Shown in pieces: positions 47,952 through 58,347 of a stretch of DNA of 64,000 bases. The position numbers and the translations under genes are program-made. Origin of the DNA: an uncultured Verrucomicrobiae bacterium (GTDB lineage: Bacteria > Verrucomicrobiota > Verrucomicrobiia > Chthoniobacterales > Chthoniobacteraceae); NCBI GenBank assembly GCA_963836755.1, contig CAWIKF010000002.1, forward strand, positions 928,001 to 992,000, in the 5' to 3' direction. The stretch's first letter is position 1. Each line of letters begins with the position of its first letter. The notes beneath the pieces were generated by a model that made no database searches, was not told the origin of the DNA, and was given only the letters and a program-made list of their open reading frames with translations.

Positions 47952-48575
47952 ATGAAAATTTTGCTCGCGGCGGTGGCGGCTTTCGCCACGATGCTGACGA
48001 CTGCCTGCTCCGAGGATCACGCCATGAATGACAAGCCCGCTCCCATGCCAAAAGTGCCGCCGGGCGCGGAGGTCGCGACGCTCGCCGCCGGTTGTTTCTG
48101 GTGCACCGAGGCGGTCTTTCAGCAAATTCCCGGCGTGATTTCTGTGACCTCGGGCTACACGGGCGGCTCGGTCCCGAATCCAAGTTACGAGCAGGTGTGC
48201 AACGGCGACACCGGGTTTGCGGAGGCTGCGGAGATTGTGTTCGATCCGAAGAAACTTTCGTTCGGGAAATTGCTCGAGACTTTTTGGAAAATGCACGACC
48301 CGACCACGCTCAACCGCCAGGGCGCCGACAGCGGCACGCAATATCGCTCAGCGATTTTTTACCACAGCGATGCGCAAAAGGCCGAGGCTGAGAAATCGAA
48401 GGCTGAGGCGCAGCCGGATTTCAATAGCCCAATCGTCACGGAGATCACAAAGGCAGGCTCCTTTTATCCGGCGGAAAACTACCACCAGGATTATTACAAG
48501 CAGAACAAGAACCGGAATCCGTATTGCCGGATGGTGATTCAGCCGAAGCTCGAGAAGCTCGGGCTGGAGCACTAG
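47952..48575 (+). CDS. msrA: Peptide methionine sulfoxide reductase A with N-terminal export signal
   Basis: GCFWC, SGYTGG, YEQVC, HDPT..NRQG, QYRS, AENYHQDY, PYC. Confidence 0.95.
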   Translation: MKILLAAVAAFATMLTTACSEDHAMNDKPAPMPKVPPGAEVATLAAGCFWCTEAVFQQIPGVISVTSGYTGGSVPNPSYEQVCNGDTGFAEAAEIVFDPKKLSFGKLLETFWKMHDPTTLNRQGADSGTQYRSAIFYHSDAQKAEAEKSKAEAQPDFNSPIVTEITKAGSFYPAENYHQDYYKQNKNRNPYCRMVIQPKLEKLGLEH

Positions 48576-48593
48576 CGGAACTTCTTCGGGCGG

Positions 48594-51500
48594 CTACGCG
48601 CGCTCTTTGTGAAAAATCCGCGTCGCAGCGCTGGCGATGGCAAATCCCGCGCCGGCCAAAAGCGCGATTTCGAGCGGCTTTAAGCCGGTCGGCTGATCTT
48701 CAGTAAAGTTCTGCTCGGGGAAATTTCCGGACGGGCCATTCGGGCCAGTTTCGCGCGCCATTTTCAAAATTTGCGCAGTGTGGAGAGCGCGCCGGTTGGT
48801 GAGTTGTTCAATCTGCTCGCGGCAGGAAAATCCATCGGCGATGATGAGCGTATCTTTGCCCGCTTCGCGCACCGCCGGCAGCAGCACGCGCTCGCCGCAC
48901 GCCTTTGAAACTTCGTATTTGTCGGCCTCGAATCCGAACGAGCCAGCCATGCCGCAGCAGCCCGTGTCGGGCATCTCGCAGTCGAGCCCGATCTGGTCGA
49001 GCAGCTTTTCCTCGCACGCCATCTTCATCACCGCTTTGTGATGGCAGTGGCCGTGCACGACCGCTTTGCGCAGAAGCCGCGGCGGATGATAATCGGGCGC
49101 TTTTTTCTCCAAAAATTCGCTGAGCATGTAGGTCTGTTCCTTGAGCCGTTTCGCGTCGATGTCGTGTGGGAAAAGGTTGCAGAGCTCGTCGCGGAAAACG
49201 GCCACACAGCTTGGTTCCAAGCCGACGACCGGCGTGCCGGCGCGGATTTCCTCGCGCAAGGCGCCGAGGATTTGCTTGAGCAATTTTTCCGCGAGATCGA
49301 GAAAACCGAAATCGTAAAGCGGGCGTCCGCAGCAGAGGGATTCGCGCGGGACGATGACGTGAAATCCGGCGTCTTCGAGCACCTCGCACGCGTCTTTCGC
49401 GGCGGCGGGCAGCAGGTAGTTGTTGAACGTGTCGGCCCAAAGAATCACGCGCGGTTTGTCGTTCGCGGGGCGTTGCGGTCGTTTGAAAAACCAAGCCTTA
49501 AAAGTCTCGGTCGCAAATCGCGGCATGTGCCGCTCCTGCGCGATTCCGCCGAGCGCTTTCGCGACGGTCGCTAACGGCTCAGTTTGCGTAAAAAAGTTGA
49601 CGATGTTTGGAATGCGCGACGCGACGCGCGCCCACCAGTAAATCAGCCCCATCGAATACGCCGGCCTCGGCCGCAGCCGACCTTCGTAGTAGTGCGACAA
49701 AAACTCAGCCTTGTAGGTCGCCATGTCCACATTCACCGGGCAATCGGCCTTGCAGCCTTTGCACGCGAGGCAGAGATCGAGCGCGTCTTTGACCGCATCA
49801 TCGTGCCAGCCATTTTTGCCGATGACCTCGCCGCGGAGCATTTCAAAAAGCAGCCGCTCACGTCCGCGTGTCGTATCTTTTTCCTCGCGTGTGACCATGA
49901 AGCTCGGGCACATCGTGCCGCCTTCGAGCCGCCGGCATTTGCCCACGCCGACGCAACGCAGAGCCGCACGTGCGAAGCTGCCTTGATCGTCGGGATAGCT
50001 GAAATGCGTCTTCGGCTCGCGCGGATTGTAATCGGTGCCGAGGCGGAGATTTTCGAGGATCGGATAAGCCTCGATCACTTTACCGGGATTCATTTTCCAC
50101 TGCGGATCCCAAATGGTTTTAAATTCGCGGAACGCCTGCATGATTTCCGCGCCATACATTTTCGGCAGCAGCTCGGCGCGCGATTGGCCGTCGCCATGCT
50201 CGCCGGAAAGTGTGCCGCCAAAACTCAGCACGAGATCGGCGGCCTCGGAGACGAACTCTCGATATTTCACGAGCCCTTTTTCCGTCTGCAAATCGAACGG
50301 AATGCGGCAGTGAATGCAACCCTGCCCGAAGTGTCCGTAGAGCGAAGCCTTGTAATCAAATTTGAGGAAGAGATCGCGCAGTTTGCGCAGATACGGGCCG
50401 ACTTGTGTCGGCGGCACCGCGCTGTCTTCCCAGCCCGGCCACGCGTCCGGCAGGCCCGGCACGAAAGCCGTCGCGCCGAGTCCTGATTCGCGGATTTCCC
50501 ACAGCTTGTCCTCGTGTTCCTTGTCGTCAAAAAGTTTCATGCTCGGCGCATTCGGCTTGCCTTTTAAAATGGCCATCACCTCTCGCGCTTTCGCATCCGA
50601 TTCCTCCTTCGTGTCGCCGCCAAATTCGACCAGCAGCCAGCCTTTTCCTTCGGGCAGCAACTGGATGTCGCCCGGATGCAAGCCGGTTTTTTTCATGTAG
50701 CCGATGAGCGTGTCGTCGAGGCCTTCGAGGCCCGTCGGCTTGTGCTCGAAAATCTCCGGCGCATGATCGCCCGCCTCATAGACATCCTTGTAGCCAAGCA
50801 CGAGCAGGCTGCGCGCTTTTGGATTGTGAATCAGATGCATCGTCGCCTCGAGCACGGTGACGAGCGTCCCTTCGCTGCCGACCAAAGCGCGCGCGACGTT
50901 GAAGCCGTTTTCGGGTAAAAGATCGGGAAGGTTGTAGCCCGAGACGCGGCGTGGAATGTCGGGGAATTTTTCGCGAATCATCGGCGCGTATTTGTCGCGC
51001 AGCGCTTTCATTTTTCCGTAAATCTCGCCGCGACGTCCGCCCTCGCGGATGATGCTTTCGAGCTCCTCCTCGCTCGTCGGGCCGACGCGTATTTGCAATC
51101 CATCGTAGGTCAAAATTTCCAGCTCGTGCGTGTTGTCGGAAGTGCGCGCGCCGGGGCCGAGGAACTGCGCCATCACGGAATGCACGCCGCACGAATTGTT
51201 GCCGATCATCCCGCCGAGCGTGCAGTGCGAATGCGTGGAAGGATCGGGGCCAAACGTCAGCCCATATTGATTGGCGGCCGCTTTCAGTTGATCGCAAATG
51301 CAACCCGGCTCGACGCGCCCGAGCTTCCGCGCCGCGTCAATCTCGATCACCTTGTTGAAATATTTCGACATGTCGATGATGACCGAAACGTTGCAACATT
51401 GACCCGCAAGACTGGTCCCGCAGCCGCGCCCGGTGATCGGCGCGCCAAAACTCCGCGCGACCTCGATCGCGCCGATCACATCGTCCTTGCTGCGCGGCAC

Positions 51501-51716
51501 CACGACGCCAATCGGCGTCTGGCGATAGTTCGAGCCGTCCGTCGCATAAAGCGCGCGGCTGCCGTCATCGAAACGGACTTCGCCGGAGATGCGTTTTCGC
51601 ATTTCCATCGGCAGCGTCCACGCGTCGGCGTGGGAAAGATCGGCCGCTCCCGGCGGTCGCATCGTGGTGTTCTCCGGCAAAACTTTTCCACCGGCTTCCA
51701 TCGTTGCTGGTTTCAT
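48594..51716 (-). CDS. FAD-linked oxidase with 4Fe-4S and Cys-rich domains (YdiJ/GlcD-GlcF-like)
   Basis: RGCGTSLAGQ, GGMIGNNSCG, GSEGTL, SGEHGDG, CVGVGKC, CLACKGC..CP, CCG, HGHCH, GFSCREQ. Confidence 0.9.
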   Translation of the reverse strand: MKPATMEAGGKVLPENTTMRPPGAADLSHADAWTLPMEMRKRISGEVRFDDGSRALYATDGSNYRQTPIGVVVPRSKDDVIGAIEVARSFGAPITGRGCGTSLAGQCCNVSVIIDMSKYFNKVIEIDAARKLGRVEPGCICDQLKAAANQYGLTFGPDPSTHSHCTLGGMIGNNSCGVHSVMAQFLGPGARTSDNTHELEILTYDGLQIRVGPTSEEELESIIREGGRRGEIYGKMKALRDKYAPMIREKFPDIPRRVSGYNLPDLLPENGFNVARALVGSEGTLVTVLEATMHLIHNPKARSLLVLGYKDVYEAGDHAPEIFEHKPTGLEGLDDTLIGYMKKTGLHPGDIQLLPEGKGWLLVEFGGDTKEESDAKAREVMAILKGKPNAPSMKLFDDKEHEDKLWEIRESGLGATAFVPGLPDAWPGWEDSAVPPTQVGPYLRKLRDLFLKFDYKASLYGHFGQGCIHCRIPFDLQTEKGLVKYREFVSEAADLVLSFGGTLSGEHGDGQSRAELLPKMYGAEIMQAFREFKTIWDPQWKMNPGKVIEAYPILENLRLGTDYNPREPKTHFSYPDDQGSFARAALRCVGVGKCRRLEGGTMCPSFMVTREEKDTTRGRERLLFEMLRGEVIGKNGWHDDAVKDALDLCLACKGCKADCPVNVDMATYKAEFLSHYYEGRLRPRPAYSMGLIYWWARVASRIPNIVNFFTQTEPLATVAKALGGIAQERHMPRFATETFKAWFFKRPQRPANDKPRVILWADTFNNYLLPAAAKDACEVLEDAGFHVIVPRESLCCGRPLYDFGFLDLAEKLLKQILGALREEIRAGTPVVGLEPSCVAVFRDELCNLFPHDIDAKRLKEQTYMLSEFLEKKAPDYHPPRLLRKAVVHGHCHHKAVMKMACEEKLLDQIGLDCEMPDTGCCGMAGSFGFEADKYEVSKACGERVLLPAVREAGKDTLIIADGFSCREQIEQLTNRRALHTAQILKMARETGPNGPSGNFPEQNFTEDQPTGLKPLEIALLAGAGFAIASAATRIFHKERA

Positions 51717-51729
51717 AAAGTGCGGATCG

Positions 51730-51966
51730 TTATTCTTCGATTTCGTGGAGCGCGAGCCAGAGCCCGAACGCCACTTCGGCGATCGCGCAAACCCGCGTCG
51801 CCTCGCGGTGCTCGGCAAAAAATTTCACAATTTCGCGATGGAATTTCGGGCCGACATTCCAAAAGCGCGCGTAACGCGTCGGCCGCAGCAGGCCGACAAC
51901 TCCTTCGCCGATCAGGAAAAGCGCGAGGATTTCCAAGCCGCGACTGGTGATGGTGTGTGTTTTCAT
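51730..51966 (-). CDS. Small membrane protein
   Basis: 78 aa, two hydrophobic segments, start overlaps the enolase stop. Confidence 0.6.
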   Translation of the reverse strand: MKTHTITSRGLEILALFLIGEGVVGLLRPTRYARFWNVGPKFHREIVKFFAEHREATRVCAIAEVAFGLWLALHEIEE

Positions 51967-53114
51967 ATTTTGATGCGATAACGCTCGGCGTCGGCGCGTT
52001 TGAATTCGATGCCGAGTCCGGGACGCGACGGATCGGGATACATCGCGCCGCTGCGCGGCTCGAGGAAGCCGTCAAAAAACATTCGCTCGATGCGCGCGTG
52101 ATCGTGAAAAAATTCCCCGTGCCGCAGATTCGGAGCTGCGCAACCGACGTGCGCCGTTTGTGTCGGCGCGCAATGCGCAGAGACGGGAATTTCAAATGCG
52201 TCACACACCGCGCTCGCCGCGAGAAATCCGGTGATGCCGCCGCAGCGCGTCGTGTCGGGCATTGCCACATCCACTGCGCCGGCTTCGAGCATCGCGCGAA
52301 AATACGCGGGCTCGTAGCCATATTCGCCATCGGCCACATCCATCGCCGCCGGGCCGCGTTCGCGCAGCCAGCGCATGCCCGCGCGATCCTCGGACGCGAG
52401 CGGTTGCTCCATCCAGATCGCGTCAAAATCTTCCGCGAAAATTTCCATGAAATGCAGCGCCTGCTTCCGGTCGTAAGCGCTGTTCGCATCGACAAAAAGT
52501 TCGGTCTCCGCACCGATCGCTTCGCGCGCCGCGCGGACGCGCTCGATGTCGCGCGCGGGCTCGCGTCCGACTTTCATTTTCACGCGCGGAATTCCCTCTT
52601 CGACCCAGCCGCTCAATTGCTCGCGAAGTTTTTCATCCGAATAACTTGTGAAACCGCCGCTGCCGTAAATCGGATATTCATCGCGCACCGCGCCGAGCAA
52701 TTTGAAAAGCGGCATGTCGAGCAACTTTGCCTTCAAATCCCACAGCGCGTTATCGACCGCCGAAATCGCCATCGCGCAAATTCCCGCGCGGCCGAGATTG
52801 CGCACTTCACGCACCATCGCCGAGTGCAAGCGCGCAATGTCGAGCGCGTCGGAATTTTTCACCAAGGGCGCGAGGATGCTCGTGATCACGCCCGCTGTCG
52901 CCGCATCGGCGTAGCTGTAGCCGATGCCAGTTTTTCCCGCGGTGGAAATTTCCACCAGCACCATCGTCGTCTTGTCCCACGCGACGGTGCCATCCGACTC
53001 CGGCTGATCCGTTGGGACCGTGTATCCCGAAACGTCCACTCGTTTGATTCTGGCCGAACGTCTCGCTTGATTCTGCCGCTCGTCGCCTACAGTGACGTGC
53101 GGAGAAGCGCTCAT
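51963..53114 (-). CDS. Mandelate racemase/muconate lactonizing enzyme family protein
   Basis: SAVDNALWDL, KMKVG, VDAN, EQP, DGEY, GGITG, SAH; ATGA overlap with the upstream gene. Confidence 0.88.
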   Translation of the reverse strand: MSASPHVTVGDERQNQARRSARIKRVDVSGYTVPTDQPESDGTVAWDKTTMVLVEISTAGKTGIGYSYADAATAGVITSILAPLVKNSDALDIARLHSAMVREVRNLGRAGICAMAISAVDNALWDLKAKLLDMPLFKLLGAVRDEYPIYGSGGFTSYSDEKLREQLSGWVEEGIPRVKMKVGREPARDIERVRAAREAIGAETELFVDANSAYDRKQALHFMEIFAEDFDAIWMEQPLASEDRAGMRWLRERGPAAMDVADGEYGYEPAYFRAMLEAGAVDVAMPDTTRCGGITGFLAASAVCDAFEIPVSAHCAPTQTAHVGCAAPNLRHGEFFHDHARIERMFFDGFLEPRSGAMYPDPSRPGLGIEFKRADAERYRIKI

Positions 53115-54899
53115 TTCGAATGCGGCAAAAAGCTTTGCAGCAGATCTTTCATCGAGCCGCGCAACATCGCCGCCGAATCCGGATCGGACATCAACGCAAT
53201 GTTGAAATTCGCAGCCTGCTTCAACGTGATATGTGGCGGCAGCGTTGGCACTTCCGGATCGGTCATCGCTTCGACCACGACCGGTCGCCGCGCCGCCAAA
53301 GCCTGTTCCCATGCGGGCGCGACCTCTTCGGGCTTTTCAACTTTGATGCCGATAAGCCCCAGCGATTCCGCATAGCGAGCGAACGGAAAATCGGGCACGA
53401 CTTGCGATGTCTCGTATTTCGGATCGCCCGACATCACGCGCTGCTCCCACGTCACTTGATTGAGATCGTGGTTCGCGAGCACGAGCACGATGAGCTGCGG
53501 ATTGCTCCATTCTTTCCAATAATGCGCGATCGTGATGAGGCAGTTGATGCCGTTCATCAACATCGCCCCATCGCCGACCAACGCGATCACCGGCCGATCG
53601 GGAAAAGCAAACTTTGCTCCCACCGAATACGGGACGCCCGGTCCCATCGTCGCGAGATTTCCCGAGAGCGACGCCATCATGCCGCGCCGCACCTTCAGGT
53701 CGCGCGCGAACCAATTCGCCGCCGAGCCGGAGTCGCTCGTGAGAATGCAGCGGTCGGGCAACCGCGGTGAAAGCTCCCAAAAAACGTATTGGGGATTGAT
53801 CGGATTCGCCGACTGCTTCGCACGCGCCTCGAGCACTTCCCACCAGTCTTTGATGTTCGCCTCGATCGACTTTCGCCACGTGCGGTCTTCCTTTCGCTGG
53901 AGCATCGGGATGAGGGCGCGCAACGTTTCGACGCTGTCGCCGACAAGGTTGATTTCCATCGGGTAACGGATGCCGATCATTTTTCCGTCGATGTCGATTT
54001 GCACGCCGCGAGCCTGACCTTCTTTCGGCAAAAACTCCGAATACGGAAAGCTCGATCCGACCATCAACAATGTGTCGCACTCCGTCATCATGTCATAGCT
54101 CGGTTTGCTGCCGAGCAATCCCGATGGGACCGGTGCAGCCCGGCGCTTCGTCCGGCACGGCCGCTTTGCCGAGCAATGCTTTCGCGATGCCCGCGCCGAG
54201 CAGTTCAGCGACTTGCATCACCTCGTCAGTCGCGCTGAGTGCGCCCGCGCCGACGAGCATCGCCACTTTTTTTCCTGCGTTCAAAATGTCTGCGGCTTTG
54301 CGCAAATCACTCTCGGTCGGGACAACGCGCGGCGTGCAAATGCCGACGCCCGAATGCACCGTGCCGTGCGCGCGCGGCGGTTCCACGACCGCAGGCATTT
54401 CCTGAATATCGTTTGGAATGATGAGGCAGGTCACCGTGCGTTCGACCTTCGCGATGCGGATTGCGCGATCGACGAGATGCCGGATCTGCACCGGCGACGA
54501 CGCCATGTGAACGTAATCGCCGGCGACATCTTTGAAGAGTGAAACGAGATCGACCTCCTGCTGATAATTGCCGCCGAGTGCCGCGCGCGCTTGCTGGCCG
54601 ACGATCGCGACCACCGGCTGGTGATCCATTTTTGCGTCGTAAAGTCCGTTCAGCAGATGAATCGCGCCGGGCCCGCTGGTCGCGAGACAGACGCCGACTT
54701 CGCCGGTGAACTTTGCGTGCGCGCATGCCATGAACGCCGACAGTTCCTCGTGGCGCACTTGCACATATTCGATTTTGTCACCCGCGCGATCGATCGCGCC
54801 GATGATGCCGTTGATGCCATCTCCGGGAAAGCCGAAGATCCGTTTGATGCCCCATTCATTGATGCGACGGAGCAAAAAGTCGCTTGTAGTTTCGCTCAT
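53111..54899 (-). pseudogene. Thiamine-pyrophosphate enzyme (pyruvate oxidase PoxB-like), split by a 1-nt frameshift
   Basis: N-half: GFPGDG, RHEE, TSGPG. C-half: GNLATMG, GDGAM..N. Removing one base from the CCC at 54120-54122 joins the halves as GPIGLLGSKPS. May be a sequencing error. Confidence 0.75.
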
Positions 54900-55219
54900 A
54901 AAAAACGTCGTCCTGCGACGGGAAGGCCACAAAGTATCGCGGACGGTCGCGCGATCGGGCGCATTCGTTTAGTCCCTAGATCGGCATCAGCCTTTTCCCG
55001 TGTGGCAGAAAAAACGCGCGAGAAAATCTTGTGAACGAAAACAAAGTTGTCGGGTCGTGAAGCTGCGCAGCGAGAGGCGCGGTTGCCTTTCTGCTGTCCG
55101 CGCATATCGTGCCTTCCAGTGATCTCCCGCTTCCGATTTCCCGTCTGCGCGGTGTTTGGAATCGTGGGCGGATTTTTTCAAATCGCACGTTCGCGAGGAC
55201 AAAATGCGGGCACGGTTTT

Positions 55220-58200
55220 ATGAATATTTCCGAGCCGTTCATCCGTCGGCCGGTGGGAACTTTGTTGCTCTCCGCGGGTTTGTTTTTGCTCGGCTGCGTC
55301 GCGTATTATTTCTTGCCGGTCGCGCCGCTGCCGCACGTCGATTTTCCGATGGTCTCAGTGAATGCGTCGCTGCCTGGCGCGGATCCGGAAACCGTCGCGT
55401 CGTCACTCGCTGCGCCGCTGGAGCGGCGGATCAGCCAGATCTCCGGCGTGTCGGAATTGACTTCCGTGAGCTCGCTCGGCGGCTGCTCTATCAACGTCCA
55501 GTTTGATTTGAACCGAGACGTGAACGGCGCGGCGCGCGATGTGCAGGCTGCGATCAACGCGGCCGCGAGTGAGCTGCCGATCAATCTTCCCGCGCCGCCG
55601 ACTTATCGCAAAGTGAATCCGGCGGATGCGCCGATCATGGTGCTCGCGATGACGAGCGACACGCGTGCGCCGACGGAAGTTTTTCAATATGCGGATGAGA
55701 TCATCGGACAGCGCTTGAGCCAGGTCGAGGGCGTGAGCCAGGTCATCATCAACGGCGCGGAAAAATCCGCGGTGCGTGTGCAGATGAATCCCGCGGCGCT
55801 CGCTTCGGCCAATCTCAGCCTCGAAGATGTGCGCACTTTTTTGAGCCAGGTGAATGTCGATTTGCCGAAAGGCAGCGTCGATGGCGACCAGGCCAGTTAC
55901 GCGATCTACTCGAACGATCAGCTCAGCAGCGCCGCGCAATATCAGCATCTAATCTTGGCGCAAAAAAAAGGGACGCCAATGATGCTGAGCTCGTTCGGCC
56001 ACATCATCGAGGGCGTGGAGAATACGCGACTGGCCGGCTGGGCTGGGACGAAGCCGGCGGTGCTGCTGATCGTGTTTAAACAACCAAATGCGAATGTCAT
56101 CGCCACGGTCGATCGCATCCGCGCGGCGCTCCCGCAGACGGAAAAATGGTTGCCGCCCAGCGTCAAAGTTTCGCTCATCAGCGACCGCACAATCACGATC
56201 CGCTCGTCGGTTGAAGAAGTGCAATTTTCGCTGCTGCTCTCCATCGCGCTGGTCGTGATGGTGATCTTCCTTTTTTTGCGCCGCTTCTGGCCGACTTTGA
56301 TCGCGAGCGTGACGGTGCCGCTCTCGCTCGCCGGGACATTCGGCGTGATGTATCTGTGCGGCTACACCCTCGATAATCTTTCGCTGATGGCGGTGACGAT
56401 TTCCGTCGGCTTCGTCGTGGATGACGCGATTGTCGTAATCGAAAACGTTTTTCGCTTCGTTGAACAAGGTGATACGTCGATGGAAGCCGCGTTGAAAGGT
56501 GCGCGGCAGATCGGTTTTACGATCGTCTCAATCAGTCTGTCGCTCGTCGCGGTCTTCATCCCGCTGCTCTTGATGGGCGGATTGATCGGCCGGCTTTTTC
56601 ACGAATTTGCCGTGACGCTGAGCGCCGCGATTCTCGTCTCCGGCGTGATCTCGCTCACGCTCACGCCGATGATGTGCTCGCACTTTTTGAAACCGGAAAA
56701 AGCGCACGCGCGCAAAAAACAAGGGATCGTGCAGCGGCTGAGCGAGCGGGGATTTGACTGGCTGCTCGGCCATTATGAAACGTGCTTGAGATGGGTGCTG
56801 CGGCACCAGGCGTTCATGCTGCTGGTCGCGCTGCTCACGCTGTTCGCGACGCTCTGGATGTATCGCGTGGTGCCGAAAGGATTTTTTCCGCAGCAGGACA
56901 CGGGAATGATGATGGGGATCACCGAGGCGTCGCAGGATATTTCATTTGCCGCGATGGAAAAACTGCAGAGCGAGGTCGCGCAAATCGTGCTGTCGGATCC
57001 GGCGGTGCAGACGCTCGGCTCGTTCATCGGAAGCGGCAACGGAAGCTCGACCGTGAACAACGGCCGGATGTTCATTTCGCTAAAGCCTTTGTCTGAGCGG
57101 GATGTAAAAGCCGACGAAGTGATCGCGCGGCTTCGGCGCAAACTCGCGCACGTGCAGGGCATTAGCCTTTTTCTGCAAGCGATGCAGGACATCCGTGTCG
57201 GCGGGCGCATGAGCAAAGCGCAGTTCCAATACGCGCTGCAAAGTGGAAATCTCGACGAGCTGAATCAATGGACGCCGAAGCTCGTGGATCGGCTGCGGCA
57301 AATTCCGCAGCTCAAGGATGTGACGAGCGACCAGCAGACAAGCGGATTGCAGACGAACGTGGTCGTTGATCGCGACGCCGCAGCGCGGCTCGGCCTTTCA
57401 CCGACGGATGTGGACAACACGATTTACGACGCCTTTGGACAGCGCCAGGTCTCGACGATTTACGAGCGCTACAATCAGCACCACGTGATCCTCGAGGTCG
57501 ATCCGGCGTATCAGCGGACGCCGTCGTCGCTGGAGAAAATTTTTGTTCGCACGAGCAATAACACGCAAGTGCCGCTCGCGGCGGTCGCGCATTTTCAAAC
57601 GTCAAATGCATTTCTTTCCGTGAACCACCAGGGACAATTTCCGGCGGTCACCGTTTCCTTTAATCTGGCACCCGGCGTTTCGCTTGGCGAAGCCACCGCT
57701 CTCGTCGAAGAGGCAAAGCGTGAAATCCACATGCCGGGCGAGATCCTCGGCAGCTTCCAAGGGACCGCGCAGGTTTTCCAGTCGTCGCTCGCGAGCACGC
57801 CGCTGCTCATCATCGCCGCGCTGGTCACCGTCTACGTCGTGCTCGGGATGCTTTACGAAAGCCTCATCCATCCGATCACGATTCTCTCCACGCTGCCCAG
57901 CGCCGGCCTCGGCGCACTGCTCGCGCTGATGCTTTGCGGCACAGATTTGTCGCTCGTCTCATTCATCGGAATCATTCTGCTCATGGGCATCGTGAAGAAG
58001 AACGCGATCATGATGATCGACTTCGCGCTCGAGGCGGAGCGGATCGAAAAGCTGACTCCAGAGGAGGCGATCTACAAAGCGTGCGTCATCCGTTTTCGCC
58101 CGATCATGATGACCACACTCGCTGCTATGTTTGGTGCGATCCCGCTGGCGCTCGGTCTTGGCGCCGGTGCGGAATTGCGCCAGCCGCTCGGCATCGCCGT

Positions 58201-58339
58201 CGTCGGCGGACTCGTTGTTTCACAAGTTCTCACACTTTTTACAACGCCGGTGATCTATCTTGCCTTTGAACATCTGCACGTGAAGTTCAGGACAGTTTTC
58301 CCCTCTCTCGCGAAAAATCCGCGCCCTGTTTTCGCGTAG
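55220..58339 (+). CDS. RND efflux permease, MdtB/MdtC-like
   Basis: FIRRPVGT, LPGADPE, GFVVDDAIVV, VKKNAIMMIDFA, RFRPIMMT, PLGIAVVGG. Confidence 0.93.
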   Translation: MNISEPFIRRPVGTLLLSAGLFLLGCVAYYFLPVAPLPHVDFPMVSVNASLPGADPETVASSLAAPLERRISQISGVSELTSVSSLGGCSINVQFDLNRDVNGAARDVQAAINAAASELPINLPAPPTYRKVNPADAPIMVLAMTSDTRAPTEVFQYADEIIGQRLSQVEGVSQVIINGAEKSAVRVQMNPAALASANLSLEDVRTFLSQVNVDLPKGSVDGDQASYAIYSNDQLSSAAQYQHLILAQKKGTPMMLSSFGHIIEGVENTRLAGWAGTKPAVLLIVFKQPNANVIATVDRIRAALPQTEKWLPPSVKVSLISDRTITIRSSVEEVQFSLLLSIALVVMVIFLFLRRFWPTLIASVTVPLSLAGTFGVMYLCGYTLDNLSLMAVTISVGFVVDDAIVVIENVFRFVEQGDTSMEAALKGARQIGFTIVSISLSLVAVFIPLLLMGGLIGRLFHEFAVTLSAAILVSGVISLTLTPMMCSHFLKPEKAHARKKQGIVQRLSERGFDWLLGHYETCLRWVLRHQAFMLLVALLTLFATLWMYRVVPKGFFPQQDTGMMMGITEASQDISFAAMEKLQSEVAQIVLSDPAVQTLGSFIGSGNGSSTVNNGRMFISLKPLSERDVKADEVIARLRRKLAHVQGISLFLQAMQDIRVGGRMSKAQFQYALQSGNLDELNQWTPKLVDRLRQIPQLKDVTSDQQTSGLQTNVVVDRDAAARLGLSPTDVDNTIYDAFGQRQVSTIYERYNQHHVILEVDPAYQRTPSSLEKIFVRTSNNTQVPLAAVAHFQTSNAFLSVNHQGQFPAVTVSFNLAPGVSLGEATALVEEAKREIHMPGEILGSFQGTAQVFQSSLASTPLLIIAALVTVYVVLGMLYESLIHPITILSTLPSAGLGALLALMLCGTDLSLVSFIGIILLMGIVKKNAIMMIDFALEAERIEKLTPEEAIYKACVIRFRPIMMTTLAAMFGAIPLALGLGAGAELRQPLGIAVVGGLVVSQVLTLFTTPVIYLAFEHLHVKFRTVFPSLAKNPRPVFA

Positions 58340-58347
58340 CTCCTTGG

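Noticed and set aside
54093..54130. Programmed ribosomal frameshift in the TPP gene
   Set aside because: No slippery sequence or stimulatory structure is evident; a simple indel is more parsimonious
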